Shown here in pieces: positions 1 to 11,819 of a stretch of DNA of 64,000 nt. How positions within the stretch are numbered: the first letter of the stretch is position 1; each line of letters opens with the position of its first letter. The notes under the pieces were generated by a model. It saw only the letters and a list, made by a program, of their open reading frames with translations, made no database searches and had not been told where the DNA came from. Origin of the DNA: Macrostomum lignano (Eukaryota); assembly GCA_002269645.1 (NCBI GenBank), contig NIVC01000468.1, positions 1-64,000 on the forward strand, written 5' to 3'. Both the position numbers and the translations under genes were made by a program.

Positions 1-94
1 CGCTCAATTCTTTGTCGTTCGGTCTCATTTGGCGCCAAACCTTCACTATGAGACACAATTCTCACTATGGCGCCTAATTCTCACTTTGATCAAA

Positions 95-869
95 TCAATT
101 TCGCATTCCATTCTTTAAACTCAATTCAACCCAGCTGCCATTTACACAAGAAGCGCGCCACGTGACTAAACTGAGTTCTAGACACTCAGTAGTATCACTC
201 CAGCGCCTAAACCAAGGCGGGAAGTCCTCGGGCATGAGGTAGTGCCTCCGACAGGTGGGACAGGCCGAGCACTCCGCCAGCCATCGCCTGACGCAGTCCT
301 CGTGAAACCGGTGACCGCAAGTCAGCTGACGCAGCCGCTGTCGGTGACCGTCAGTCGTTGGCAGCGCCTCCTGGCAGACGGCGCACAGAGGCGCATCAAA
401 AGCCAGGCCGGGCGGAGGCGGCGGCAGCGTCGATCCGGCGGCGTCATCCTCCGCCGTTTTATCGACGTCGACCAGCAGTTGGGCGACAGCGGCGGAGACC
501 AAGTCGGTCTCGGACGCGCGAACTCGCTCAATGGCCGGCATGTTGGCGAGGGCCGCCGCCACCGAGGCCAGCGAAGCGTCCGGCAGCACTTCGACGACGC
601 GGCGCCAGACTCGACGATCGATTGGTTCAACGGCGACGGCGACAGTCGGCGACCGCGAAGTCGGCAGCGAGGACTGCGCTGGCTGGGTCGGCGATTCAGC
701 TGGAAGCCGCAGCAGGTCGAAGTCGGGCGACGGAGGCAGCGCCGGCGGAGAATCCGGCGAAGGCGGCGTCGGAGGCGTCGTCGATAAGAAGGCTGTTGAC
801 GATGTTGACGACGCTGCGGAGGGCGACGTGTCGGCGGCAAGACGGCTGTCGGCTTCGGTGCGGAGACGC
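95..869 (-). CDS. Coiled-coil/RING-H2 E3 ligase, exon 2 with RING-H2 (CAVC...CGHRFHEDC...CPTCR)
   Basis: C3H2C3 spacing C-x2-C-x18-C-x-H-x2-H-x2-C-x10-C-x2-C is present in ORF 95..880. Acceptor TTTCAAG|G at 870/869 keeps the frame with exon 1. A Pro/Ser linker lies upstream of the RING. Confidence 0.8.
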
Positions 870-1041
870 CTTGAAAGCATCAGTAGGGGGTCTTTAAAAA
901 TATTTTATGATTTACTCTGGTGATCAATCCCTTTGCTCCGATTTTATCTCCCATACGCACAGGAGAGCCATTCAGAGAGAGGAGAAACCGCCTGCGGCGA
1001 TGAAAATGCACTCAAATACTACGGTCAGTAGGTCTGTAAAG

Positions 1042-1062
1042 CAGACAGACAGACAGACAGGC

Positions 1063-1111
<49 letters not shown>

Positions 1112-1113
1112 GG

Positions 1114-1184
<71 letters not shown>

Positions 1185-1188
1185 GCAG
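1042..1188 (+). repeat. (GACA)n microsatellite in the RING-gene intron
   Basis: Visible CAGA/GACA tetramer run. Confidence 0.97.
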
Positions 1189-1278
1189 CAAGAACTTTCA
1201 CAAGACGGAAATGACAGAAGGCAAAAACCCTCACTTTATTTTCACAGAAAACAGTAACCCAGACTGCTCACTGCTCAC

Positions 1279-1619
1279 CGAGCCAGCCGCAGCTGCTCCT
1301 CCCAGGTCCGCAGGCAGGCCGACAGAGCGTTCGACGGTCGCCGAGACTTTGCCTCGACCTCCGCCGCCAGCTGTCGCAGCTTGTCGAGCGTCGACAAGGC
1401 AACCATCTCCCTCCGACTGGCCTCAGCCGCGGCCGCCCGGTGCCTCAGCCGCGCCACGGTCAGCCGGCAGCGACGGAGGCCGGCGACAGCGGCGTTTCTC
1501 TGCGCCTCGGCCTCGGCCAGGCGGCGCGACAAACCCGAATTCTCGCGCCGCAACCGCTGCGCCTGGTCGCGAAGGCTCGAAAATTCGTTTTCTTCTTCTT
1601 CAGCATCGTCAGCGAGCAT
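1279..1619 (-). CDS. Coiled-coil/RING-H2 protein, exon 1 (coiled-coil; MLADDAEEEENEFSSLRDQAQRLRRENSGL...LRLAR)
   Basis: ATG at 1619 is preceded by an acceptor-like TGCAG (AG at 1629-1628). The ORF has heptad, E/R/A-rich character. Donor CG|GTGAGC at 1278 is phase 2 and matches the phase-2 acceptor at 870. Confidence 0.65.
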
Positions 1620-1796
1620 CGCGCTGACTGCATTGACAGAAAATAATAGCCTGCCTGCTAGTCTGAGGCTCGCGCCATCAAAAGACCACACAATGTGCAG
1701 GAGCAATTTTGGGTAAACGGCCCGGGTAACTATGGCAATAGAATGCCTCGTCAGCTAACTAGTGCTTGAAAGCTAGCAGCTAAGAGATGATACCAA

Positions 1797-2637
1797 CATG
1801 AGCACTAGATATGATCCCAACCTGAGCACTAGATATGATCCCAACCTGAGCACTAGATATGATCCCAACCTGACCACTAGATATGATCCCAAACTGAGCA
1901 CTAGATATGATCCCAACCTGACCACTAGATATGATCCCAAACTGACCACTAGATATGATCCCAACCTGAGCACTAGATATGATCCCAACCTGAGCACTAG
2001 ATATGATCCCAAACTGAGCACTAGATATGATCCCAACCTGAGCACTAGATATGATCCCAAACTGACCACTAGATATGATCCCAAACTGACCACTAGATAT
2101 GATCCCAAACTGACCACTAGATATGATCCCAAACTGACCACTAGATATGATCCCAACCTGAGCACTAGATATGATCCCAACCTGAGCACTAGATATGATC
2201 CCAAACTGAGCACTAGATATGATCCCAACCTGAGCACTAGATATGATCCCAAACTGACCACTAGATATGATCCCAAACTGACCACTAGATATGATCCCAA
2301 ACTGACCACTAGATATGATCCCAACCTGAGCACTAGATATGATCCCAACCTGAGCACTAGATATGATCCCAACCTGAGCACTAGATATGATCCCAAACTG
2401 ACCACTAGATATGATCCCAAACTGAGCACTAGATATGATCCCAAACTGACCACTAGATATGATCCCAACCTGAGCACTAGATATGATCCCAACCTGAGCA
2501 CTAGATATGATCCCAAACTAAAAACTAGATATGATCCCAACCTGAGCACTAGATATGATCCCAACCTGAGCACTAGATATGATCCCAAACTAAAAACTAG
2601 ATATGATCCCAACCTGAGCACTAGACATGACACCTGA
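1797..2637 (+). repeat. 24-bp minisatellite (ACTAGATATGATCCCAACCTGAGC), ~35 copies
   Basis: Period 24; translates as the STRYDPNL repeat. Confidence 0.97.
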
Positions 2638-2639
2638 AC

Positions 2640-3505
2640 AAAATAACCAGGCAAAATCAGCAGTAGACATGACCCTAACCTGAACTGAGCACACGACCAT
2701 AACCTGAGCACATGACCCCAGCATGATTTCATGACCCTACCTGACCACTAGATATAATTCCAACCTGAGCAGATAACCACAACCTAATCACATGATCTTG
2801 CCCTGAACAGATGACCCAGACCTGATTACTAAACATGGTCCCAAATTGAACACTTGAACTTAACCTGACCACATGACCCCCACCTAATCACATGCCCCAA
2901 CCTGAGCACTAGACATAAACTCAACGTGACCCTAGCCTGACTACTATCAATGACACCAACCTGCCCACTATTTATTACGTTAACCTGACCGCTATATATG
3001 AGCCCGAAATGACCACTATACATGACCCAACCTGACCACTATCTATGACCCCAACCTGACCACTATCTATGACCCCAACCTGACCACTATACATGACCCA
3101 ACCTGACCACTATCTATGACCCCAACCTGACCACTATCTATGACCCCAACCTGACCACTATCTATGACCCCAACCTGACCATTATCTATGACCCCAACCT
3201 GACCACAATCTATGACCCTCAATCTGACCATTATCTATGACCCCAACCTGACCACTATCTATAACCCCAATCTGACCACTATGACCCCAACTTGACCACA
3301 ATATATGACCCTCAATCTGACCACTATCTATGACCCCAACCTGACCACTATCTATAACCTTAATCTGACCATTATCTATGACCCCAACCTGACCACAATC
3401 TATGACCCTCAATCTGACCATTATCTATGACCCCAACCTGACCACTATCTATAACCCCAATCTGACCACTATGACCCCAACTTGACCACAATATATGACC
3501 CCAGT
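2640..3505 (+). repeat. Degenerate relative of the 24-bp minisatellite (ATGACCCCAACCTGACCACTATCT)
   Basis: Same core (ATGA..CCAACCTGACCACTA) with many variant units. Confidence 0.9.
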
Positions 3506-4132
3506 CTGAGGTCAGTGACAGTAAGCTCAATTTATGACCCCATTCGCTTCTCGACCGAACAGCCACTGAAACAGAAAAACTAAAAACAAATTTTAGGCGC
3601 AAAAAATCCACGCAAGCTTGAGACTCGAAAAAAAGTAATAATTTTGTTTTGATGCAACAGTTTTATTTAATCATATTTAATAGTCTTTGTATATATAATA
3701 ATATTATTTATGCGATGGGTCAATGACTTTACGCGAATAACATATAGATATATGGCCGTTTTGTGTTTGTTTTAACTAGAGCACACCTCAAAATAGAAGG
3801 GAGCAACGCCCGGGCCAACTCTAGGCTTAAAGACAGAGTTTCAGACAACAGCAGGACAAGGTTAAAGCGTTGCTAAGACTGGAGGGGATTTGGGAAAATT
3901 TCTAGCGAAAAAATGTCAAAATAAGAAAGTAAAATGTAACACAGTTAATTTGGTGTGTTTGACGCGAGTATATTCATCAATAGTAAATAACACATTTTAT
4001 AATATATATGTATGAATAAATAATATATAATAATCAGAATAATGCATCAATATAGACAGAGCAGTGAATTATATATACTTATTATGCACAATGAGGGTTT
4101 AAAGCAGTGTATAAATAACTAATGACATAGAA

Positions 4133-4143
4133 TGCAGACAGGC

Positions 4144-4186
<43 letters not shown>

Positions 4187-4187
4187 A

Positions 4188-4248
<61 letters not shown>

Positions 4249-4271
4249 GGCAGACAGACAGACAGACAGAA

Positions 4272-4318
<47 letters not shown>

Positions 4319-4337
4319 TAGACAGACAGACAGACAC

Positions 4338-4380
<43 letters not shown>

Positions 4381-4386
4381 GGCAGG

Positions 4387-4420
<34 letters not shown>

Positions 4421-4483
4421 AGAAGACAGACAGACAGACAGACAGACAGACAGGCAGACAGACAGACAGACAGACAGACAGGC

Positions 4484-4516
<33 letters not shown>

Positions 4517-4611
4517 GGCAGGCAGACAGACAGACAGACAGACAGACTGGCAGACAGCCAGACAGACAGACAGACAGGCAGACAGACAGACAGACAGACA
4601 GGCAGACAGCC

Positions 4612-4683
<72 letters not shown>

Positions 4684-4702
4684 AGGCAGACAAACAGACA
4701 GC
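4133..4702 (+). repeat. (GACA)n microsatellite, ~140 units
   Basis: Direct reading of the sequence. Confidence 0.98.
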
Positions 4703-5359
4703 AGATGAGGACAATCAGATCGATTTAAAACGAATTTCAACGAGCAGCAAAAGGAACAGAGAAACAGTAACACGACTTCACTCCAATTTCTGCGCTCCTA
4801 AGATTTCTTTTACATGCCTACTCAAATAACATTAGGGCGGGTTGATGACGGATTATCAGGCGAAATTTAATTAAATATATAAAGTATAGTAATATATAAT
4901 AAAACTAATAATTATTGTTAACAATTTATCTTGAGCTTTGGGCACACAAAGACAAACACTAATTATAGTTCTCATTATATTGCAATCTAGATTAATAAGT
5001 GCACAAGCGCCCTATCATAATGACACTGGAAAATTTAATTAGGCGATAATAATTAATGACTGAAGAAATTTTTAGCCAAGACACCAAACAACAGAGCGGC
5101 ATTTGGATTATTGCACTGGCAACAAGACTAATAGCTACTCGAAGACAATCGGAGTTGAATACTCTACTAAACCTGTAGTTCTGTTAATCAATTTGAACTA
5201 CGCCGCAATGCAGTGAAGCAAAAACTTATACACACTACTGTCGGCCCAAATAGTAACACAATGACTCAGTAGTATAAGTAGTAAGGACGAATCAGGAAAA
5301 TTTATTCTAACTGTAAAATTGCACAGATTCATACTCGTATTATCTTGTAAACCAATAAA

Positions 5360-5703
5360 CCCGATGAAAACGGTACCTTGGCGTTTCGGAGTCGTTGCAG
5401 ATGACGCAGGTGGCAAGAGTCGCTAGAAAGTCGCAGAAGAGCCGGAGTTACGCAATCAACACCCAGTATAGCCCATTGCTCTCTAATTGCACTCTAGCTA
5501 GCCTACTGAGTTAGTAGAAAGTTAAGCACCAAAACAACAATTCTTGGACGACTCTTTCCCGACTCTTTTAAAATTCAACACCTGACGTCTCCGTCCGATT
5601 ACAGTCTTTTGGGTCGTTAAAAAGTCACAAGAGTCACTAGCTCGTAGCGAGTTGCTTGAAACGACTTTTTAGCGACTCTTGTGACGGTATCGTTTTCAAC
5701 GGG
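5360..5703. mobile_element. MITE with CCCG-starting TIRs and subterminal inverted motifs (CMC/EnSpm-like)
   Basis: CCCGATGAAAACGGTACC (5360-5377) vs reverse complement of 5686-5703, CCCGTTGAAAACGATACC: 16/18. Inner IR 5414-5433 vs 5662-5681: 19/20. Both flanks are AA. Confidence 0.7.
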
Positions 5704-6049
5704 AAAAGTACAATACTTTTAAATATTTTTAAACACGGAACAACATTAGACCAGCGCGAGCTTATTGTTTGTACTTGAAATGGATGCTAATGATAATTAA
5801 ATTGAATCTTTGCAAAAAATAGTCTATAATATGACTGCAATTAGTAATGAGCTCATAGACTGTTCGCTTGTCGCGTCTTCCTTGACCAGATCGGTGACGT
5901 CCAGCTGATTTTGAGGGAGGGGGTTATGAAGCCCGGCAGGATTCAAAATGAGAGAGATGAGGCTCCGGCAGATGATGCAATCGAGCACGGAAAGAGAGAA
6001 GAGAAAAACGGGCGGGCTGGCCGGCGCGAGCGGCAGCAGGCGGTCAGCT

Positions 6050-6102
6050 CTAACAGCTGCAGCCGGAGGAAGATTGCTGCTCAAAGCCTTCGAGCCGGTT
6101 GC
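6050..6102 (-). CDS. Rab3: Rab3 exon 5 (GNRLEGFEQQSSSGCSC*), CxC prenylation motif
   Basis: Acceptor CTCGGCAG|GC at 6103 is phase 1 and matches exon 4. The exon ends TGC AGC TGT TAG, the typical Rab3 CxC terminus. Confidence 0.88.
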
Positions 6103-6206
6103 CTGCCGAGAGTTCAGCAATCGGGTTGGGTTTGGTTAACTGTGCGAGTGGCGAACTTGGGACAGAGTGAAACTGCGATAATAGAGCGGAAACTGGGAGA
6201 TTATAA

Positions 6207-7218
6207 AGGAGATGGTGAGACAGGAGAGGGAGAGAAGGTGACGAGACAGGGGGGAGGGGGAGATGGTGAGACAGGAGAGGGAGAGAAGGTGACGAGACAG
6301 GGGGGAGAGGGAGATGGTGAGACAGGAGAGGGAGAGAAGGTGACGAGACAGGGGGGAGGGGGAGATGGTGAGACAGGAGAGGGAGAGAAGGTGACGAGAC
6401 AGGGGGGAGAGGGAGATGGTGAGACAGGAGAGGGAGAGAAGGTGACGAGACAGGGGGGAGGGGGAGATGGTGAGACAGGAGAGGGAGAGAAGGTGACGAG
6501 ACAGGGGGGAGGGGGAGATGGTGAGACAGGAGAGGGAGAGAAGGTGACGAGACAGGGGGGAGGGAGAGGGAGATGGTGAGACAGGGGAGGGAGAGGGAGA
6601 TGGTGAGACAGGGGAGGGAGAGGTAGATAGTGAGACAGGGGAGGGAGAGGGAGATGGTGAGACAGGGGAGGGAGAGGGAGATGGTGAGACAGGAGAGGGA
6701 GAGGGAGATGGTGAGACAGGGGAGGGAGAGGGAGATGGTGAGACAGGGGAGGGAGAGGGAGATGGTGAGACAGGGGAGGGAGAGGTAGATAGTGAGACAG
6801 GGGAGGGAGAGGGAGATGGTGAGACAGGGGAGGGAGAGGGAGATGGTGAGACAGGGGAGGGAGAGGGAGATGGTGAGACAGGAGAGGGAGAGGGAGATGG
6901 TGAGACAGGGGAGGGAGAGGGAGATGGTGAGACAGGGGAGGGAGAGGGAGATGGTGAGACAGGGGAGGGAGAGGGAGATGGTGAGACAGGGGAGGTGGAG
7001 AGGTAGATAGTCAGACAGGGGAGGGAGAGGTGGATAGTGAGACAGGGGAGATAGAGAGGTAGATAGTGAGACAGGGGAGGGAGAGGGAGATGGTGAGACA
7101 GGGGAGGGAGAGGGAGATAGTGAGACAGGGGAGGGAGAGGGAGATAGTGAGACAGGGGAGGGAGAGGGAGATGGTGAGACAGGGGAGGGAGAGGGAGATG
7201 GTGAGACAGGGGAGGGAG
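6207..7218 (+). repeat. Purine-rich compound minisatellite: 51-bp units (6207-~6570), then 27-bp units
   Basis: GATGGTGAG recurs at 6211 and 6262 (period 51). The later GAGAGGGAGATGGTGAGACAGGGGAGG unit has period 27. The array fills Rab3 intron 4. Confidence 0.95.
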
Positions 7219-7266
7219 GGAGCAGTTATACAGAAGCAGAGCACAGGGGATGCCATGAGGACTCAC

Positions 7267-7398
7267 CCGTGTTGTGCATCATGTTGGGGTCGCTGTCCAA
7301 GGACTCGGACATCTTCTCGCAGATGATGTCTACCAAGCGCTCGAACACGGCCTTGACGTTGATGTTCTCTTTGGCAGAGGTCTCAAAGAACTCTAGGC
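7267..7398 (-). CDS. Rab3: Rab3 exon 4 ([44 protein letters not shown])
   Basis: G5 motif ETSAK. Acceptor CCTCAG|GC, donor G|GTGAGT; 132 nt, phases consistent. Confidence 0.96.
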
Positions 7399-8114
7399 CT
7401 GAGGATTGCAAGTGTTGGAATTGGGCAGTTGATTCCATAATTATAAATGCATTTTTAATTGCTGTACATTATACTTGCTATTTCCCTCCATAAGCACAGG
7501 TAAGTCGTGTATTTTTACAACACCAAATTTGGGTAACAGTTTAAAAATTGGATAGAAAAAACTTAAAGCCACTGAAAGTTGTGCAGCTAAAAGATATTTT
7601 AGCAAGGAAAAATAGAAAGTTGCGCATACTTACGACATTGACTAAAATAGTAACGGTTGTGTCAGCAAAAAGGAATTTCTAGAGCTAAGCCTTGTAACAT
7701 TAATGATTAATCAGGTAATTTTTTTATATAACCCTTTCTGAGTCTTCTTATTATTCCCTTTAATTATCGGGAAATTTGAAAACTGTTTTTTAAAACTTCT
7801 GATTAGTTGGTGAAAGGGACAATGTTTTTTTAATAATCATAAGATACCCGTGCAAAAAAGGATAGCTTTTAATTTCAACATTTACTAGGCAGTTGCACAA
7901 TGTACAATACTATAAACAACAGGAATGCGGTAAACTAGGCAAATTAAAAGACGGTCACCAACTACAGTAAAACTATATTCCAAGGAAATAAATACACTTT
8001 GGATAATAAACGCTAAATGGCTGTACTTGAATACAGGTAGACAGAATGTAACGAATTCTTTCTCTTTGTACTAGATCATAACAAAGCATAATAACATTGG
8101 CTGATGAAAATGTT

Positions 8115-8560
8115 CTAAGCCGATAGCTATAATAAACTAGTGTGGATAGAAAGGGGCGGGGGCTGATGGGCCGACCAGAGAGAATCGATAACAAAATCAC
8201 CCACCCCACTCCTAAAACTATAAATTTGGGCTACAGGGGGTAGAGAAGAAAGGGGTGGGGTTGATGAGCCGACAGAGAATCGATAGCAATCACCCACCCC
8301 ACTATCCTAAAACTATAAAACTGGGCTACAGGGGGTAGAGAAGAAAGGAGTGGGGGTTGATGAGCCGATCAGAGAATCGATAGCAATCACCCACCCAACT
8401 AGCCCAAAGCTATAAAACCGGACTACAGTGGATAGAAAAGAAAGGTGGGGGTTGATGGGCCGACCAGAGAATCAATAACAATCACCCACCCCACTAGCCC
8501 AAAGCTATAAAACTTGGCTATAGTGGATAGAAAAAAAGGGTGAGAGTTGAAATTCCGACC
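8115..8560 (+). repeat. ~95-bp diverged tandem repeat, ~4.5 copies
   Basis: The CACCCACCCCACT...AAA(A/G)CTATA motif recurs at ~8198, 8292, 8388 and 8483. Confidence 0.85.
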
Positions 8561-8769
8561 AAAGTTATTCAGCTTTGCAATGATTCGTAGACAAATTGAG
8601 AAGAACTGGCAGATGGGTTCGCTGCCTTTTGATCCGATTCGGACACAGCCATTGAACTACTATAAACGATCACAATGACACATTTTGCTACTTAAACAAG
8701 GTGGAACGCTATGGTTAAAAAACTATTCGTTGAAAACGTTACGAGTTGGTCCAGAAATAGGGCAATTAC

Positions 8770-8894
8770 CAAGCTGATCAGACAGCTGTTTTCCCCTCTC
8801 TGTGCTGACAACCCGCTCATCGTCCAAGTCGCACTTGTTGCCAACTAGGATCACTTGCGCATTGTCCCACGAATAAGTCTTTATCTGGGTGCAC
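8770..8894 (-). CDS. Rab3: Rab3 exon 3 ([42 protein letters not shown])
   Basis: G4 motif NKCD. Acceptor CTACAG|G, donor G|GTAATT; 125 nt. Confidence 0.96.
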
Positions 8895-10119
8895 CTGTAG
8901 TGTTTCGTTATATTCAAGCGTGATTCTTGCGAATGCATACAAAAATCCAGAAAAGGCTTTTAAATAGTTGTTAACGTTTTAGGTCTAACGGTTAAAGAAT
9001 TTTATAAACACACTTTAAACTGTATGAAGCATATATTGGAAGCGACTTTGGCAGAACCCAGACCTTTATACATCATCCTAACTATGGCCCCTAAAAAATT
9101 CCAAAACAAGGTAAATAAAACTGTTGAGCGAAGAAAATTTGGCAACAAAAGGTAGCAGAAACGAGTGGACAAAGAAGAACAGAATTAGGAAAAGTATAGA
9201 AATCGCGAATGAATTGAAATAAATACGTTTTGCACAACTCTAAATAGAGAACAAGACAGACGTAGTAAAGTGCACGCACTCCGTTGTCTAGTTAAGTTAA
9301 ATTTCGTTTGGAAATATCTTGTATGACGAATAAATACATCGATGACGTCCCACTAGTAGAAGAGCTCTCGCTTTTAGCCGTTTTAGGATTAAAACAAAAC
9401 CTAAACTATAAAATTGACTCAATATAATAACTTATTCCTGTGACTAAGTCACCACCATAGGCTACGTTTAGACTATGTGGCCCCGGCGCTTTCGTTGCTC
9501 CGCAGGTATATCATAATAATAGTAACGTCATAGAATCCATGCAGGTGAATGAATATTGTGACTAAAACTTCCACGACAGGGATAGACAATCTGCCGTGGT
9601 AAATGCTAGCTCTTGCTTTTAAAACTCGTTCAGTCTTTCTACTAAAAGCAGCACTCTCCAGCAGCAGCAGCAGAGCAAGCAACAGCTAAAACGAACCCAA
9701 TTCGCGAGCCAGTCTGGCTGCCCGCTCGGTGGACACAACCCGAGCGTCCTCTAAGTCGCTCTTGTTGCCAACTAGCACCACTTGCGAGTTGGACCAAGAG
9801 TGCGTCTGGATTGCCGTTACCCTGCATGATTTTTATATTGTTGTCAGAGTACTGCCTTCTCGTCTTGACCGAATTATCTTACAAGACTCTCTCTTTATGG
9901 TATAAATATGCGTGACAAGCTGATAGTTTTACAAAACTATAAAAACTGTATTGAAAAGTGACTTGTGTGTCAGTTGGTTAAAAACCCATACCCAGTACCA
10001 CACTATGACCCACACAGAGGCAAACATCTGGTAAGCCTTTACCCAATTCGACACAGTTACGAGGGTGTCCAAAAAAAGTTTCCGAAATGTTTGCTCTAGT
10101 TCTAAGCTCAGTATCTTAA

Positions 10120-10437
10120 TTTTTTATTAAAAATTGACCATACTGCCCTAATGGGCAGATGTGCAACCGACAGCTCAGCCGCAGCTATTGCGCGGCGCAT
10201 CTGAAGGCTGCGTACGACTGTTCAGTCCAAGAACTGGATGGGGGGGGGGGGTCGCAACACACCCTGAATAACCCCAGCTAATGCTGGCACCCATTTTACA
10301 GCTGGGTGAACTGAAGCAATGCAGGGTTAAGTGTCTTGCTCAAGGACACAAATTGTTCCGAGTGGGATCTGGAATCGAACCCCCCGATTTCTTAGTCGTG
10401 ACTCCAACGCTCTAACCACTAGGCTGAAACCCCCTAT
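10120..10437 (-). mobile_element. tRNA-derived CORE-type SINE
   Basis: On the minus strand: A-box-like CAGCCTAGTGGTTAGAGC, B box GGTTCGATTCC, then TGTGTCCTTGAGCAAGACACTTAACC...CAGTTCACCCAGCTGTAAAATGGG (MIR/CORE-like) and an AT-rich tail. TATCTTAA flanks it at 10112-10119 and 10438-10445. Confidence 0.8.
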
Positions 10438-10703
10438 TATCTTAACCTTTGTGGTGTATTTTCTGACATCAATGCCTCCAGAGTCAGCGGAGTCAAGTTT
10501 TCGCCCTGCAGTCTGCAGGATAGAGTTGGAGCCAAAATTGCTCAGCATCTTTTTCTCAAGCTGTAGTTTGAGCTTGCCGATTAGGATGCAATTTTGACTT
10601 GCGAATGCCACCATGACTGACTAGCGGTGAATGCACTGTTCAGTTTCATTGTTTAATAGTTTTTTAGTATGTTTCAGTGTTCAGGTATTCAAGATACTGA
10701 GAG

Positions 10704-11029
10704 CAGGGGTCGACGAACTCCGGCCCGCCGGCCACATGCGACCCGCGAAGCCTCTCTATCCGGCTCTCGGTTCCTTTGAAACTTTACAATAACAATCCGG
10801 CCCGCTCGAGGTTTGTGTCTCTTCTCAGCTCTCTTCTCTCTTTTCTTTCTTCTACTCTCCCCTCATATCTCATCTCGTCTCTTCTCTCCTATCATCTCCT
10901 TACCTTTCTTTTCTCTTCCCATCTCTCTCCTTTCTTCTCCCCCCATTCCATCTCCAATTTTCACTCTCACCTGGCCCGCAGCAATGATCTAGATTCTGGC
11001 CCTTGAAGTAAAATGTTTGCCGACCCCTG
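10704..11029. mobile_element. hAT (Charlie-like) MITE
   Basis: TIR CAGGGGTCGACGAAC vs reverse complement of the right end, CAGGGGTCGGCAAAC: 13/15. Subterminal GGCCCGCCGGCCACATGCGACCC. An 8-bp TSD is not convincing (ACTGAGAG vs AGCTAAAG). Confidence 0.72.
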
Positions 11030-11819
11030 AGCTAAAGCAAATATTCCAGGAACTTTTTGGGACACTCCTCGCATTTCAAAACCGAGTCCCATCCCACACG
11101 TGATCCCAAACCCGAAGCTAAAGGCCACATCCTACTCCAAACGCAATACCACACCTGCCAATACCATACCCAGTTGCATAACTAAACCCGCACAATTGGC
11201 GATGAGTCGATCAATATCAAACAAAACCCGTTAGCAAAAACACGCAGTTCATATTTTAAATATGCTAAATAAAAAAATCAAACCAGGTCAAAATTCACCA
11301 GATCAGACTGAGCAGAGAGAGAGAGGGAGAAAGACACAATATCTACCGTATCTGCTGTACAAAAAAGTGCAAATGAATTTAAAATCGATTTTCGTTCCCA
11401 AAAACAGTCCACGCATACCGTAGTGCAGTGTTACTATGAATAGCAACACAACTTCGAACGTTCCAACGCATTCCACACCGTCAACTGATTCTTAAGTCTT
11501 TATGAAAAAATGGCCATTAAAATGCGTAGGCGGTTTGTTGCGGAACAGCGTTAATGCAGATCTCTGTCTGTGCGCGTTTCTGAACACAGCTGGACCAGCA
11601 ATTCTCATTTGTCAACTTGAACATTGATATGGCATCAATAACAAAAAACCAGGAAGCCTCACTGACAGATTTGGATACTTTTTGACTGAAGACTTAAAAT
11701 ATCTTTCACATTGAAACTTTTATTAATGGATGCCATGCATGCAACCCTGGCGCAATCGACCCACAGCCAGCGCTGACGGCAATTCTGACCATTACGCTGA
11801 CTCCTGAGCACATACAGGA

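Larger units (their letters stand above)
10060..11071. mobile_element. Non-autonomous mariner/Tc1-superfamily element hosting two nested insertions
   Basis: Left end TA|CGAGGGTGTCCAAAAAAAGTT... matches the reverse complement of the right end (CGAGGAGTGTCCCAAAAAGTT...). Similarity continues to CTCAGTATCTT on both arms. The right flank is CA rather than TA. Confidence 0.65.

Noticed and set aside
242-897. Overlapping plus-strand and alternative-frame ORFs over the RING exon (also over 61.5-63 kb)
   Set aside because: These are shadow ORFs expected in GC-rich coding DNA; they are Arg/Pro-rich and carry no motifs.
1773-2732. STRYDPNL / LGSYLVLR repeat proteins
   Set aside because: Minisatellite translation with no flanking domain or splice support.
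3770-3825. Helitron 3' end (GCAACGCCCGGG...CTAG)
   Set aside because: No clear hairpin and no matching 5' end were identified.
10365-10437. tRNA gene
   Set aside because: It has A/B boxes but no convincing acceptor-stem closure, and it runs straight into a CORE domain with a TSD, so it is a SINE head.
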